From positions 562,323-626,322 of the forward strand of contig OZ252008.1 of NCBI GenBank assembly GCA_965246995.1: a stretch of DNA of 64,000 bases, read 5' to 3'. A model generated the notes under the pieces. The model worked only from the letters and a program-made list of their open reading frames with translations. It ran no database searches and had not been told where the DNA came from. This stretch comes from Vicinamibacterales bacterium. Its GTDB lineage: Bacteria; Acidobacteriota; Vicinamibacteria; Vicinamibacterales; UBA8438. This document shows positions 26,777 to 36,171 of the stretch, one piece after another. Both the position numbers and the translations under genes were made by a program. Each line of letters opens with the position of its first letter. Position 1 is the stretch's first letter.

Positions 26777-26952
26777 GAGCCCGTGGTGAAACCCCCGCTA
26801 CATTCGAGCGGCGATGCATCCCGCCTGAACGGCGTTGCTCCTCGGACTGTGGCAGTCCGCGGTCGTCATATGGCCAATATGCTCCCTCGTCGCGCCTTGT
26901 CAGGCGAGCGCCTCGCCGCTCTCGGTGCTACGCGGGGTTTCACCACGGACTC
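26777..26952 (+). mobile_element. MITE-like palindromic element, copy D (medium form, 176 bp, one central hairpin module)
   Basis: It has the same termini as the other copies and a central GGACTGTGGCAGTCC. It is flanked by CTAG (26773-26776) and CTAG (26953-26956). Confidence 0.85.
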
Positions 26953-28158
26953 CTAGTTCCACGGAGGGGTCCTCCCCAATTCCGCTGGCGCGAGGGACAA
27001 GTTGGGAAGAGCCGCGAGACGGGCCACGTCCGTGACCGCCAGGACTGTGATGTTGCGGTCCGCCGGGTAGGTGCTGTTCGTTGGACAGACGACGAACAGG
27101 TGATCGAGCCCGAGTGTGGCGGTAACGTTGCGCAACTGGGCGGTCACCCTGGGCGCCTCGCTGAACTTCACCTCGAATCCGATACGGCGGCCGCGGTGTA
27201 ACACGAGCAGGTCCAGCTCGCCGCCCCCGTGGGCCGCCCAGAACCACGCCTGAACGGGATCCAGGGCCGACAGGATCTGTTCGATCACGAAGCCTTCCCA
27301 GGATGGCCCGACACGCGGGTGGCTGAAGAGCTCGGCGTCGTTCCGGATCCCGAGCAACGCGTGCAGCAGACCGGTGTCGCGGAGGTAGACCTTCGGCGCC
27401 TTGACCTGGCGCTTGGCGACGTTCTCGTACCAGGGCTGGAGCTGGCGGACCATGAAGGCTCCGGTCAGCAGGTCCAGATAACCGCGGACCGTCTTGTCAG
27501 AGGCGCTGATCGAGCGGCCCAGGCTGGAGGCGTTCCAGGTCTGGCCGTGCCAGTGCGCGAGCATCGTCCAGAACCGCTCGAGGGCGGCGGCCCGGATGGT
27601 GATGCCCAATTGCGGGATGTCGCGTTCCAGGAACGTGCGTATGAACGCGCGGCGCCACGAGTGGCCGTCGTCATCCGTCGGCGCGAGATACGACCTCGGA
27701 AGTCCGCCGCGCAGCCAGAGCGTCCGCCAGGCGTCGGCGCCGGTCTCCGAGAGATCGAAGCCGGTCATATCGATGAACTCGACCCGGCCGGCGAGGGACT
27801 CGGATACAACCCGCACGATCCCGGGTGACGCGCTGCCCAGGATCAGGAAGCGCGTTCTCGCGCCGGGGCGGTCTGCCAGCACCCGCAGGACGTTGAAGAG
27901 GTGCGGCATCCGCTGGATTTCGTCCACCACAACCAAGCCGTCGAGCGCCCCGAGGACCAGCTCGGGATTGGCGATTCGGCGAACGTCCTGATTGGATTCC
28001 AGGTCAAGAAAGGTGGCGTTGCGCGTTGCCGCGAACTGCCGGGCGAGCGTCGTCTTGCCGCACTGCCGGGGTCCCAGCAGCGAGGTGACAGGCGCGCGGC
28101 GGGTTGCGGCGGCGAGTCGATCCAGGTAGTCGGAGCGGGCAACCAGGGTGTCTGACAC
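26953..28158 (-). CDS. AAA+ ATPase with a DUF4143-type C-terminal domain (COG1373-like)
   Basis: The Walker A motif is LLGPRQCGKTTLARQF and the Walker B region is LVVVDEIQ. 401 aa with a GTG start. The stop is the reverse TAG of the MITE flank. Confidence 0.75.
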   Translation of the reverse strand: MSDTLVARSDYLDRLAAATRRAPVTSLLGPRQCGKTTLARQFAATRNATFLDLESNQDVRRIANPELVLGALDGLVVVDEIQRMPHLFNVLRVLADRPGARTRFLILGSASPGIVRVVSESLAGRVEFIDMTGFDLSETGADAWRTLWLRGGLPRSYLAPTDDDGHSWRRAFIRTFLERDIPQLGITIRAAALERFWTMLAHWHGQTWNASSLGRSISASDKTVRGYLDLLTGAFMVRQLQPWYENVAKRQVKAPKVYLRDTGLLHALLGIRNDAELFSHPRVGPSWEGFVIEQILSALDPVQAWFWAAHGGGELDLLVLHRGRRIGFEVKFSEAPRVTAQLRNVTATLGLDHLFVVCPTNSTYPADRNITVLAVTDVARLAALPNLSLAPAELGRTPPWN

Positions 28159-28244
28159 GCTGATATTTCACTTGAACACTCGGATACTAGATCCGAATAT
28201 TCAATATATTGACACGCTGGCGCGGCGTTTGCCGCGATCTGTCG

Positions 28245-29009
28245 CTATCGTTCCTGCGGCACGAAGACGTCCCGCGCGGGCATCTGCACCTGCGCGAGCG
28301 TGCTGGCGTTCATCACCGCGTCGGTCTCGATGATGCCGTTCTCCGCGAGCAGCCAGGCGGAGAGGGCGTAGACCTCGTCGTTGGCGAGGGTGCCGGGTGC
28401 GTTCGAGGGCATCGCTCTCCGGATGTAGTCGAAGAGCGTGGTGGCGTAGGGCCAGTAGTTCCCCACCGTGAACGGGACGTCGTCACCGTCGCCACGCCAT
28501 TCCTCGTAACGGGGGCCGAACGGCGGCGCGGTCCCCGGTTCGTAGCCGACGAGCGGTTCTGCGCTCATTCCTTCGCCGGCGCGGCCGTGGCAACTGGCGC
28601 AGTGGCGGAGGTAGATCGGCGCGCCGTCGGCGTGGGAGCCTTCGCCTTCCGGGAGGCCGGTGCCGTCCGGCATCACATCGATGTCCCACGCGGTGATCTC
28701 TTCGTGGGTGGCCTCGCGGCCGAAGCCGAAGCGGTCGGGATAGCCGGCCGGCGCTGTGGTGCCGACCGGCGCTGTGGTGCCGACCGGCACTGTGGTGCCG
28801 ACCGCCGCCGTCGTGTCGGCGGGCGCCGCATCGGTCATTGTTGCCGGCTCGGCGGCGGGCGGTGCGCTGTCCGCGCCCGTGCAACCGGCCGCGAGCACTG
28901 CGACAGCGAACAGCGTGGAGGCGAGACGCGTGAGCGCGAGATGCGTGAGGGATCCCGGCGTGGACGCCGGCGGACCATACGCCGGCGCACCGCGCGTTAT
29001 GCGTCCCAC
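28245..29009 (-). CDS. sorB: Cytochrome c subunit of sulfite dehydrogenase (lipoprotein-type signal)
   Basis: CASCHGRAGEG is the heme c site, and the lipobox-like segment is LFAVAVLAAGC. The proposed GTG start at 29009 overlaps the sorA stop. The longer track ORF (to 29504) overlaps sorA out of frame and is unlikely to be real. Confidence 0.65.
   Translation of the reverse strand: MGRITRGAPAYGPPASTPGSLTHLALTRLASTLFAVAVLAAGCTGADSAPPAAEPATMTDAAPADTTAAVGTTVPVGTTAPVGTTAPAGYPDRFGFGREATHEEITAWDIDVMPDGTGLPEGEGSHADGAPIYLRHCASCHGRAGEGMSAEPLVGYEPGTAPPFGPRYEEWRGDGDDVPFTVGNYWPYATTLFDYIRRAMPSNAPGTLANDEVYALSAWLLAENGIIETDAVMNASTLAQVQMPARDVFVPQER
28748..28801. repeat. Three tandem 18-bp repeats (CCGGCGCTGTGGTGCCGA) inside sorB
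   Basis: Units start at 28748, 28766 and 28784. On the minus strand they encode (V/A)GTT(V/A)P x3 in the linker after the lipobox. Confidence 0.8.
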
Positions 29010-30220
29010 GGTTCCTCCTCGCGGTAGAAGACGTGGCCGTCGGACTGAACACGCCAGGCGGTGATCGGGTTGAGGTGGTAGCGCCGGGCGCGGCGGCCTC
29101 TCTGGGCAAGGAGTTCCGCGCGCGTCGGCTGGACGTAGCCGGTATCGTCGGTCGCGCGGCTCATGATCTCGGTCTCGTTGCCATCCCACTGCCACAGGTG
29201 GCGGAACCGGGTGTGCGCCTGGCGGAGCACCGGCTCCTGCAGACGCGCCGGCTGCCAGGTGGCGCCGCCATCGGTGCTGGTGTCGACCTGGGCGATGGTT
29301 CCGCGGCCGGACCAGGCGATGCCCCGGAGCTCTATCCAGCCCGGCTCGATCACCTCGGGATACGCCGGCGACGTAATCACCGAGCGGGCGTCGAAGACAA
29401 AGCTGAAGCTCCGCGCTTTGCCGTCGGCCATCGGGTCGGTGTACTTCGACGTCTCCTCGCGGGTCATGAACGGCTGATCGGCCAGCTCGATCCGGCGCAG
29501 CCACTTGACGTTCGAGTTTCCCTCCCAGCCGGGGAGCAGCAGGCGCGCCGGGTAGCCCTGCGACGGGCGCAGCGATTCACCGTTCTGGGCGTAGGCGATC
29601 ATCGCGTCGTCCCACGCCTTCTCCATCGGGACGCTCCGCGTCATCACGGCGGCGTCCTGTCCTTCGGCCAGCAACCAGGAGGCGTCGGGACTCGCCCCCA
29701 CCTCGCGGAAGAGCGTAGCCAGGGTGACGCCGGTCCATTCGGTGGTCGCCGTCATGCCGCAGACATTCTGCGGCATGGTCTCGGGGCCAGCCGCCTGCGG
29801 GTAGTTGCCGGAGCACTCCAGGAAGCAGATGCGCGACGTCGCGGGAAAGCGTTTCAGTTCGTCGAGCGTGAGGATCATGGGCCGCTCGACCATGCCGTGG
29901 ATCAGGAGCTGGTAGTTGTCCGGGTCGATCGACGGCACGCCGGCGTGGTGACGCTCGAAGTGGACATCGGATGGCGTGATCATGCCGTGGAGGTCCTGGA
30001 GCGGCGTGCGGGAGGAACCGCGGGTGACGGAGCCGCGCGAGAGCGTCGCGTGCGGCGAGCGGTCGCCGAGCACGCTGGGAGGACCGCCGGGGGCCTTCGT
30101 TGTGTCGCCGGATTGGGCGAGGGCGTCGCGCGACGTGGGGAGTGTCGTGGCGGCGATGGCGGTGGCGGCGGTCGCGAGGAGACGGCGCCGGGTAATTGTC
30201 TTCGTGCTGCTGCGGGGCAT
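28997..30220 (-). CDS. sorA: Molybdopterin sulfite dehydrogenase/oxidase catalytic subunit with a Tat signal
   Basis: The twin-arginine signal is [25 protein letters not shown]...ICFLECSGN...[25 protein letters not shown] are SorA/SUOX-family motifs. Confidence 0.85.
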   Translation of the reverse strand: MPRSSTKTITRRRLLATAATAIAATTLPTSRDALAQSGDTTKAPGGPPSVLGDRSPHATLSRGSVTRGSSRTPLQDLHGMITPSDVHFERHHAGVPSIDPDNYQLLIHGMVERPMILTLDELKRFPATSRICFLECSGNYPQAAGPETMPQNVCGMTATTEWTGVTLATLFREVGASPDASWLLAEGQDAAVMTRSVPMEKAWDDAMIAYAQNGESLRPSQGYPARLLLPGWEGNSNVKWLRRIELADQPFMTREETSKYTDPMADGKARSFSFVFDARSVITSPAYPEVIEPGWIELRGIAWSGRGTIAQVDTSTDGGATWQPARLQEPVLRQAHTRFRHLWQWDGNETEIMSRATDDTGYVQPTRAELLAQRGRRARRYHLNPITAWRVQSDGHVFYREEEPWDA

Positions 30221-30285
30221 TGCGTCCTCCTGTCGTGCGACGCAGCCGGACGAAGTTCTCCGGCGGCGCCGCTTCCACTCCGCCG

Positions 30286-30516
30286 TTACGCGGTGGTCAA
30301 CGCCTTCAGGGCGTCAAGGACTTCCTGGGGTTCCGGGAAGCGTTCCTCCTTGTGCTTGGAGAAAATCATCTCGCCATCGGCGATGACGTCGAAGATGCCG
30401 TTGGTTCCCTCGATCAACTCGGCGTCGATATCGAACGCCTGCCTGATGTCGGCCGCCAGACTGGTGGCCCGGGGTCCGTACTTTCAACGGGTGCAGTAGG
30501 TAATCGAAATCTTCAT
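30286..30516 (-). CDS. SelW/Rdx-family (SelW-SelT-SelH-like) small redox protein with a CxxU motif; the in-frame TGA at 30484-30486 is read as selenocysteine
   Basis: Not in the ORF track. My translation is [10 protein letters not shown]-[TGA][65 protein letters not shown], 77 codons in total. A GGGAGGAG ribosome-binding site lies 10 nt upstream of the ATG at 30516. The Rdx family hallmarks are present (YCxxC/U near the N-terminus, G.FeV..dG..ifsk...gRFPe). Confidence 0.75.
30451..30469 (-). promoter_or_regulatory. Candidate bacterial SECIS hairpin for the SelW-like gene
   Basis: The mRNA reads GGCCACCA-GUC-UGGCGGCC, giving 7 base pairs and one A.C mismatch. The apical loop starts with GU, about 22 nt after the UGA. 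Confidence 0.45.
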
Positions 30517-30570
30517 GGGTGGCGCACTCCTCCCGTGAATCCTACTCGGAAGCGGGGCTCGCGTCGACAG

Positions 30571-32115
30571 CTAGCGCCGCCAGGCGAACAGGCGGGTGAG
30601 GAGCGCTTTCTGGCGCGCGCTGAAGCGGGATCGGCGGAGCTGGTTTGCGGTCCGGCGCCAGGCCTCGGCCTGTGTGGGGTAGGGGTGAATCGCGGCGCCG
30701 ATGGTCCCCAGTCCGGCCCTGGCCTGCATAGCGACGGTCACCTCGCTGATCAGGTTGCCGGCGTCGGCGGCGACTATTGTCGCGCCCAGGATCCGGTCGG
30801 TCCCCTGCTGGACGAGGACCCGCGCGAAACCGGCCTCCTCGCCATCGAGCAGCGCGCGGTCGACCTCCTCGAGCGGCTGCGTGAACGTCTCGACGGCAAG
30901 GCCTTTCTCGCGGGCATCCGCTTCGTACATCCCGACGTGCGCGATCTCGGGTTCGGTGTACGTGCACCAGGGGATGATCAGGCTGTCGGTCGTCCGGCGC
31001 CCGAGACCCAACGGGTGGGGGAAGAGGGCGTTCTGGATGACGATCTGCGCCATCGCATCGGCGGTATGCGTGAACTTGAAGGGGAAGCAGATATCGCCGG
31101 CAGCGTAGATGCGGGGGTTGCTCGTCCGGAGGTAGCTGTCGACGGTGACCCCCGCCCGGTCGAACGCCACGCCCGCCGCCTCCAGGCCGAGGTTCTCGAC
31201 GTTGGGAGCGCGCCCGACGCCGACGAGGATGGCATCCACGGTGACGTCGCTGGCGGCGCCGTCCAAGGTGTAGCGAATGTTCTTCTGGCCGCCGTTCGCC
31301 CCATCCGACTCGACGGACTCGACCTTGGCGTTGAATATGAAGCGGACCCCATCGTGTGCCATGCGGTCCTGCACGACCTCCGCCGCGTCCGGATCTTCGC
31401 GTGGGAGGATGTGATCGAACATTTCGATCAGCGTCACCTCGCTGCCGAAGCGGGCGAACGCCTGCGCCATCTCGCAACCGATCGGACCGGCCCCGATTAC
31501 GGCCAGGCGCGGCGGCAGCTCGGTCAGGGAGAAGACGGTTTCGTTCGTCAGGTAGCCGGCTTCGGCGAGGCCCGGGATCGGCGGCGCCGCGGCGCGCGCG
31601 CCGGTGCAGATCGCGCCGCGCGCAAACTGCAGGGTCGTATCGCCTACCTGCAGCGTGTCCGGTCCGGCGAAGCGTCCTTCGCCAAGGAAGATATCGACGC
31701 CGAGGCCGCGGTAGCGCTCGGCCGAATCGACATGGCTGATGGTTGCGCGGAGGCGGCGCATCCGTTCCATCGCGATACCGAAGTCGCGCTGGACGCCACC
31801 GGGAAAGGTGAGGCCGAAGCCCGCGCCGTCCTGGGCGCTCGCCCAGACGCGCGCCGCGCGGATCATTCCCTTCGAGGGGACGCAGCCGACGTTCAGGCAG
31901 TCGCCCCCCATCAGGTGGCGTTCGACCAGTGCGACTTTCGCGCCGAGGCCTGCCGCTACCGACGCGCTGATCAGGCCGGCGGTCCCGGCGCCAACCACCA
32001 CCAGGTTGTAGCGGCCGTCCGGCGTGGGGTTCTGCCAATCGGGCGGATGGACATTCGCCGTCAACTGGCGGTTGAAAAGGTCGTCAGGGGGCAGCAGGGA
32101 TTCGATTTCAGTCAC
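30571..32115 (-). CDS. FAD-dependent pyridine nucleotide-disulfide oxidoreductase (mercuric reductase/dihydrolipoamide dehydrogenase-like, no NmerA domain)
   Basis: [47 protein letters not shown] carries the redox-active CxxxxC. It also has an NAD site ([12 protein letters not shown]) and a dimerisation domain. 514 aa. Confidence 0.85.
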   Translation of the reverse strand: MTEIESLLPPDDLFNRQLTANVHPPDWQNPTPDGRYNLVVVGAGTAGLISASVAAGLGAKVALVERHLMGGDCLNVGCVPSKGMIRAARVWASAQDGAGFGLTFPGGVQRDFGIAMERMRRLRATISHVDSAERYRGLGVDIFLGEGRFAGPDTLQVGDTTLQFARGAICTGARAAAPPIPGLAEAGYLTNETVFSLTELPPRLAVIGAGPIGCEMAQAFARFGSEVTLIEMFDHILPREDPDAAEVVQDRMAHDGVRFIFNAKVESVESDGANGGQKNIRYTLDGAASDVTVDAILVGVGRAPNVENLGLEAAGVAFDRAGVTVDSYLRTSNPRIYAAGDICFPFKFTHTADAMAQIVIQNALFPHPLGLGRRTTDSLIIPWCTYTEPEIAHVGMYEADAREKGLAVETFTQPLEEVDRALLDGEEAGFARVLVQQGTDRILGATIVAADAGNLISEVTVAMQARAGLGTIGAAIHPYPTQAEAWRRTANQLRRSRFSARQKALLTRLFAWRR

Positions 32116-32178
32116 GGCGGATCACTATATGCTGTAGCGCTGCGGTGCCCCCTTCGAATCGGGGCGGAAGGAGAAACC

Positions 32179-32844
32179 ATGCTGTTCGCCAACCCGGCCA
32201 GCCTTCGCGTCCCGGATGCCGACACGGCACTGCCCGGCCGCGACGAGCCGATACCGGTTTCGCCGGAGCACTTCGTGCACGGCCGGCGTATCGTCCCGCC
32301 GTTCCCGGACGGCGCCGGGCAGGTGCTCTTCGGGATGGGTTGCTTCTGGGGCGCGGAGAAGGCGTTCTGGGATGTGGAAGGCGTCTACGCGACGGCCGTC
32401 GGCTACGCGGGCGGGCTGACGAAGAACGCCACCTACCGGGAGGTGTGCGGCGGACAGACCGGCCACGCCGAAGTGGTGCTCGTGGTGTACGAACCGGACG
32501 TCCTGCCGTTCGAGCGGCTGCTGACCCTCTTCTGGGAGCATCATGACCCGACGCAGGGGATGCGCCAGGGGAACGATGTCGGGACGCAGTACCGGTCGAC
32601 CATCTATGTCGCGGGCGCCGAGCGGCTCCGCGCCGCCGAGGCGTCGTGGGAGCGCTACGCGCCGCTCCTGGCCGAGGCCGGTTACGGGCCGGTCACGACC
32701 GAGATCCGCGACCTGCCCCCCTTCTACTACGCCGAGGAGTATCACCAGCAGTATCTCGCCAAGAACCCGTTCGGGTACTGCGGGCACGGCGGAACCGGCG
32801 TCACGTGTCCCGTCGGCGTCGTGAGGGAGACGACGGCGCGTTGA
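32179..32844 (+). CDS. msrA: Peptide methionine (S)-S-oxide reductase
   Basis: From the ATG at 32179 (GGAAGGAG site upstream) it reads ...[16 protein letters not shown]...GYAGG...[15 protein letters not shown]...FWEHHDPTQ. It is embedded in a long spurious track ORF (30196-32844). Confidence 0.9.
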   Translation: MLFANPASLRVPDADTALPGRDEPIPVSPEHFVHGRRIVPPFPDGAGQVLFGMGCFWGAEKAFWDVEGVYATAVGYAGGLTKNATYREVCGGQTGHAEVVLVVYEPDVLPFERLLTLFWEHHDPTQGMRQGNDVGTQYRSTIYVAGAERLRAAEASWERYAPLLAEAGYGPVTTEIRDLPPFYYAEEYHQQYLAKNPFGYCGHGGTGVTCPVGVVRETTAR

Positions 32845-32878
32845 TTGGCCGATACGACGATCCGACAGATACGCGCCC

Positions 32879-33679
32879 GTGGGGCCGAGCGTTCCGATGA
32901 TCACCTGGACTGCGTACGAAGCGGTGCTGTTCGACCTCGATGGGGTGCTGACAGCGACGGCGCGGCTGCATGCGACGTCTTGGAAGCGGATGTTTGATGC
33001 GTTTTTGGGGGAACGGGGGACTGTTGGTAGTGCCGGTCGGGAAGGCAAAGGGAATGCCGGTCGGGAGACCGGCGGACCGACCGGCGGACCTTTTAAGAAA
33101 AGGGATTACGCGCGGTACGTGGATGGGCGCCCACGGTATGACGGGGTGCGCGCGTTTCTGGCGTCGCGCGGGATGACCTTGTCCGATGGCGAGCCGTCCG
33201 ATGCTCCGGGGCATGGGACGGTCTGCGCGCTGGGGAACCGCAAGAACGCCCTCTTTCACGAACTGCTGGCGACCGAGGGGGTCGAGACCTACGACGGGTC
33301 GCTGGCGGTGGTGCGGCATCTGCAGGCGAATGGGGTTCGGAGAGCGGTCGTCTCGTCGAGCCGCGGCTGCCGGGAGATTCTGGACGCGGCGGGGATCGCG
33401 GATCTGTTCGAGTTGCGTGTCGACGGACTGACGGCGGAGGCCGAGGGGCTGGCGGGGAAACCGGCCCCCGACATGTTCGTCCACGCGGCGCAGACCTTGG
33501 GCATCGAGCCGGCGCGCGCGGCGGTCGTGGAAGACGCCATCGCCGGGGTGCAGGCGGCACGCGCGGGAGGTTTCGGGCTCGTCGTCGCGATCGACCGGAC
33601 CGGGGCGCCGCAGGAGTTGGCGGCGGCAGGGGCGGATGTGGTCGTGACCGACCTGGGGGCGACGCTGGACGAACGGTAG
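32879..33679 (+). CDS. pgmB: Beta-phosphoglucomutase (HAD superfamily)
   Basis: VLFDLDGVLT is HAD motif I, and it continues ...YVDGRPRYDG...SSS...VVEDAIAGVQAARAGGF. An alternative ATG lies at 32897. It contains an in-frame GC-hairpin repeat insertion at 33033-33090. Confidence 0.8.
   Translation: MGPSVPMITWTAYEAVLFDLDGVLTATARLHATSWKRMFDAFLGERGTVGSAGREGKGNAGRETGGPTGGPFKKRDYARYVDGRPRYDGVRAFLASRGMTLSDGEPSDAPGHGTVCALGNRKNALFHELLATEGVETYDGSLAVVRHLQANGVRRAVVSSSRGCREILDAAGIADLFELRVDGLTAEAEGLAGKPAPDMFVHAAQTLGIEPARAAVVEDAIAGVQAARAGGFGLVVAIDRTGAPQELAAAGADVVVTDLGATLDER
33033..33090. repeat. GC-rich hairpin plus repeat element, copy 4 (in frame inside a CDS)
   Basis: GTGCCGGTCGGGAAGGCAAAGGGAATGCCGGTCGGGAGACCGGCGGACCGACCGGCGGACC. 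It encodes SAGREGKGNAGRETGGPTGGP. Confidence 0.7.
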
Positions 33680-33729
33680 GACCCCGCGGTGCGTGGGCGC
33701 ACGCGCGCTGGCGCACGCGGCAAGGAGTC

Positions 33730-36171
33730 ATGGCGAACCATCGACGGCATTCGGTCGACGACATCTACACGCACGATGAGTGGCGACTCATCGAGACCGA
33801 ATTCGATGAACGGCGCCTCGCCGCGTCGGAGTCGATCTTTGCCCTCGCCAACGGCTACGTCGGCATGCGCGGCACCTGCGACGAGGGGCAGCCGGTCGAG
33901 TACAGCGGCACCTACATCAACGGGTTTCATGAGACCTGGCCGATCGTCTACGGCGAGGAGGCGTTCGGCTTCGCGAAGGTGGGGCAGACGATCGTCGACG
34001 TTCCTGACGCGAAGATCCTGCGGCTCTACGTCGGCGACGAACCCTTCTTTCTGCCGACCGCCACGCTCGACGAGTTCCAGCGGGTGCTCGACATGCGAGC
34101 CGGCACGCTCGACCGCCGGCTGGTCTGGCGCCATGACTCGGGCCAGCGCGTCACGATCGAGTCCCGCCGTCTCGTCTCCCTCGAGCACCGGCATCTGGCG
34201 GCGATCGTCTACGACGTGACGCTGGCGCACGATGCGCCGGTCGTGATCGAATCCGAAATCACCGACTCGCGCCGCGCGCAGCACCAGAACGGCGATCCGC
34301 GCAGCAAGCAGGTGGGCTGCGAAGTGCTGAAGTCGCGCGTCAGTGAAACGCGCGGTCTTCGCATCGTGCGGGGCTATGCGGTGAAGTCGAGCGGGATGAC
34401 GCTGTCGTGTTCGGTCGATCACACCGTCGAGACCGAATGCGGAGTCACCACCGAGACCCAGGCGGACGCGGCGGGCGGCCGCGTGGTCTTCTCGATCGAC
34501 GGGAAAGCGAACACGCGGATCCGGATAGTCAAGTACATCGCTTACCACTCGTCGTCTAGCCGCCGAGGCCCCGACGAGCTCTGCCGCGAGGCGCGGCGCG
34601 TACTCGACCGGGCCGTCAAGCGCGGTGTCCAGGATCTGCTCGACAGCCAGCGGCGGTTCCTCGACCGGTTCTGGGATCGCTCCGACATCGTCGTCGATCA
34701 CAAGGAGTGGCAGCGGACCATCCGCTTCAACCTGTTCCACATCTGCCAGGCGACGGCGCGCGCCGAGGGCGTGGGCGTGCCGGCAAAGGGACTGACCGGT
34801 CCCGGGTACGAGGGCCACTACTTCTGGGACACCGAGATCTACCTGCTGCCGTTCCTCATCTACACGACGCCGCGTATCGCGCAGAACCTGCTGCGCGAGC
34901 GGCATCGTTATCTCGACAACGCGCGACAGCGCGCGCGCGAGGTGAACCAGAGGGGGGCGCTCTTCCCCTGGCGGACGATCAACGGCGCTGAGGCATCCGC
35001 CTACTACGCCGCCGGCACGGCCCAGTACCACATCAATGCCGACATCGCGTACGCGTTGCGCAAGTACGTCGACGTCACCGGCGACCAGGAATTCCTCGCG
35101 AAGGTGGGAGCCGAAATCCTGGTGGAGACGGCGCGGCTCTGGGCCGACCTGGGCTTCTACGCGCAGCGGCCCGGCCGTCCGGACGACGTCAGCTTCAAGA
35201 TCAACGGCGTGACGGGGCCGGACGAATACAACACCGTCGTCAACAACAACCTCTACACGAACCTGATGGCGCGCGAGAACCTCGGGTATGCGGCCAGCAC
35301 GATCCGCCAGCTGCACGATACCGATGCGTCGCAGTTCGCGGCGCTGGTCCGCAACACCGGGCTCGAGCTGAGCGAGGTGGACGAATGGCAGCGCGCCGCG
35401 AGCCTCATGTACGTGCCGTACGACGCGTCACAGCGCGTCCATCTGCAGGACGACATGTTCAAGGACAAGCAGGACTGGGACTTCGCGAACACGCCGCCCG
35501 AGAAGTACCCCCTGCTGCTGCACTACCACCCGCTCGTCATCTACCGCCATCGCGTGGTGAAGCAGGCCGATGTCGTCCTGGCGATGTTCCTGCTGGGCGA
35601 CGAGTTCTCGTTCGATCAGAAACGGAACAACTTCAACTTGTACGACCCGCTGACGACCCGCGACTCCTCGCTCTCGTCTTCGATCGAGAGCATCGTCGCG
35701 TCCGAGGTGGGGGAGTCGGAGAAGGCATTCCGGTATTCGACCGACGCGGGGCTGATGGACCTGGCGGACGTGGCGGGCAATGTCCACGACGGCTGCCATA
35801 TCGCGTCGATGGGTGGCTTCTGGATGACGCTGATCTATGGCTTCGCCGGGATGCGTGACTTCCGGGGAGCGATCAAGTTCTCTCCGCGCGTGCCGGAGGC
35901 GCTCGGCCGGCTGCGGTTTCCGCTCGAGATCCGGGGGCAGCGGCTGGACGTCGAGATGACACCGGCCGAGGCGACCTACACGCTGACAGGGAACGCGCCG
36001 CTGGTGATCGTGCACGAGGGGCAGGCGATCGAGCTGGCGCCGGGCGTGCCGGTCACCCGGCCTACGGTATCTGGAGCTGGTTCTCGACCCGCATCACCCC
36101 TTGGGTCTGCCCCACGATCCGCTGCAGTTCAATCACTTCGATCTGGCTCTGCACGTAGCCGACCAGAGTGA
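33730..36171 (+). CDS. Glycoside hydrolase family 65 disaccharide phosphorylase (trehalose/kojibiose/maltose phosphorylase-like)
   Basis: ESIFALANGYVGMRGTCDEG...GLTGPGYEGHYFWDTEIYLLPF...KQADVVLAMFLL are GH65 motifs. It is adjacent to pgmB. The last ~35 codons overlap the convergent BON gene and look low-complexity. Confidence 0.85.
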   Translation: MANHRRHSVDDIYTHDEWRLIETEFDERRLAASESIFALANGYVGMRGTCDEGQPVEYSGTYINGFHETWPIVYGEEAFGFAKVGQTIVDVPDAKILRLYVGDEPFFLPTATLDEFQRVLDMRAGTLDRRLVWRHDSGQRVTIESRRLVSLEHRHLAAIVYDVTLAHDAPVVIESEITDSRRAQHQNGDPRSKQVGCEVLKSRVSETRGLRIVRGYAVKSSGMTLSCSVDHTVETECGVTTETQADAAGGRVVFSIDGKANTRIRIVKYIAYHSSSSRRGPDELCREARRVLDRAVKRGVQDLLDSQRRFLDRFWDRSDIVVDHKEWQRTIRFNLFHICQATARAEGVGVPAKGLTGPGYEGHYFWDTEIYLLPFLIYTTPRIAQNLLRERHRYLDNARQRAREVNQRGALFPWRTINGAEASAYYAAGTAQYHINADIAYALRKYVDVTGDQEFLAKVGAEILVETARLWADLGFYAQRPGRPDDVSFKINGVTGPDEYNTVVNNNLYTNLMARENLGYAASTIRQLHDTDASQFAALVRNTGLELSEVDEWQRAASLMYVPYDASQRVHLQDDMFKDKQDWDFANTPPEKYPLLLHYHPLVIYRHRVVKQADVVLAMFLLGDEFSFDQKRNNFNLYDPLTTRDSSLSSSIESIVASEVGESEKAFRYSTDAGLMDLADVAGNVHDGCHIASMGGFWMTLIYGFAGMRDFRGAIKFSPRVPEALGRLRFPLEIRGQRLDVEMTPAEATYTLTGNAPLVIVHEGQAIELAPGVPVTRPTVSGAGSRPASPLGSAPRSAAVQSLRSGSARSRPE

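Noticed and set aside
30196-32844. An 882-aa plus-strand ORF, the longest in the track.
   Set aside because: Only its last ~220 codons (msrA, from 32179) look like protein. The rest is antisense to the well-supported FAD oxidoreductase gene (30571-32115) and is Arg/Gly/Ala-rich, which is the typical stop-free antisense frame in high-GC DNA.
33289-35316. A 675-aa minus-strand ORF opposite the GH65 gene, and similar antisense ORFs at 51685-53316 and 53202-55409.
   Set aside because: These are antisense high-GC artefacts. The sense frames have family motifs or paralogue support.
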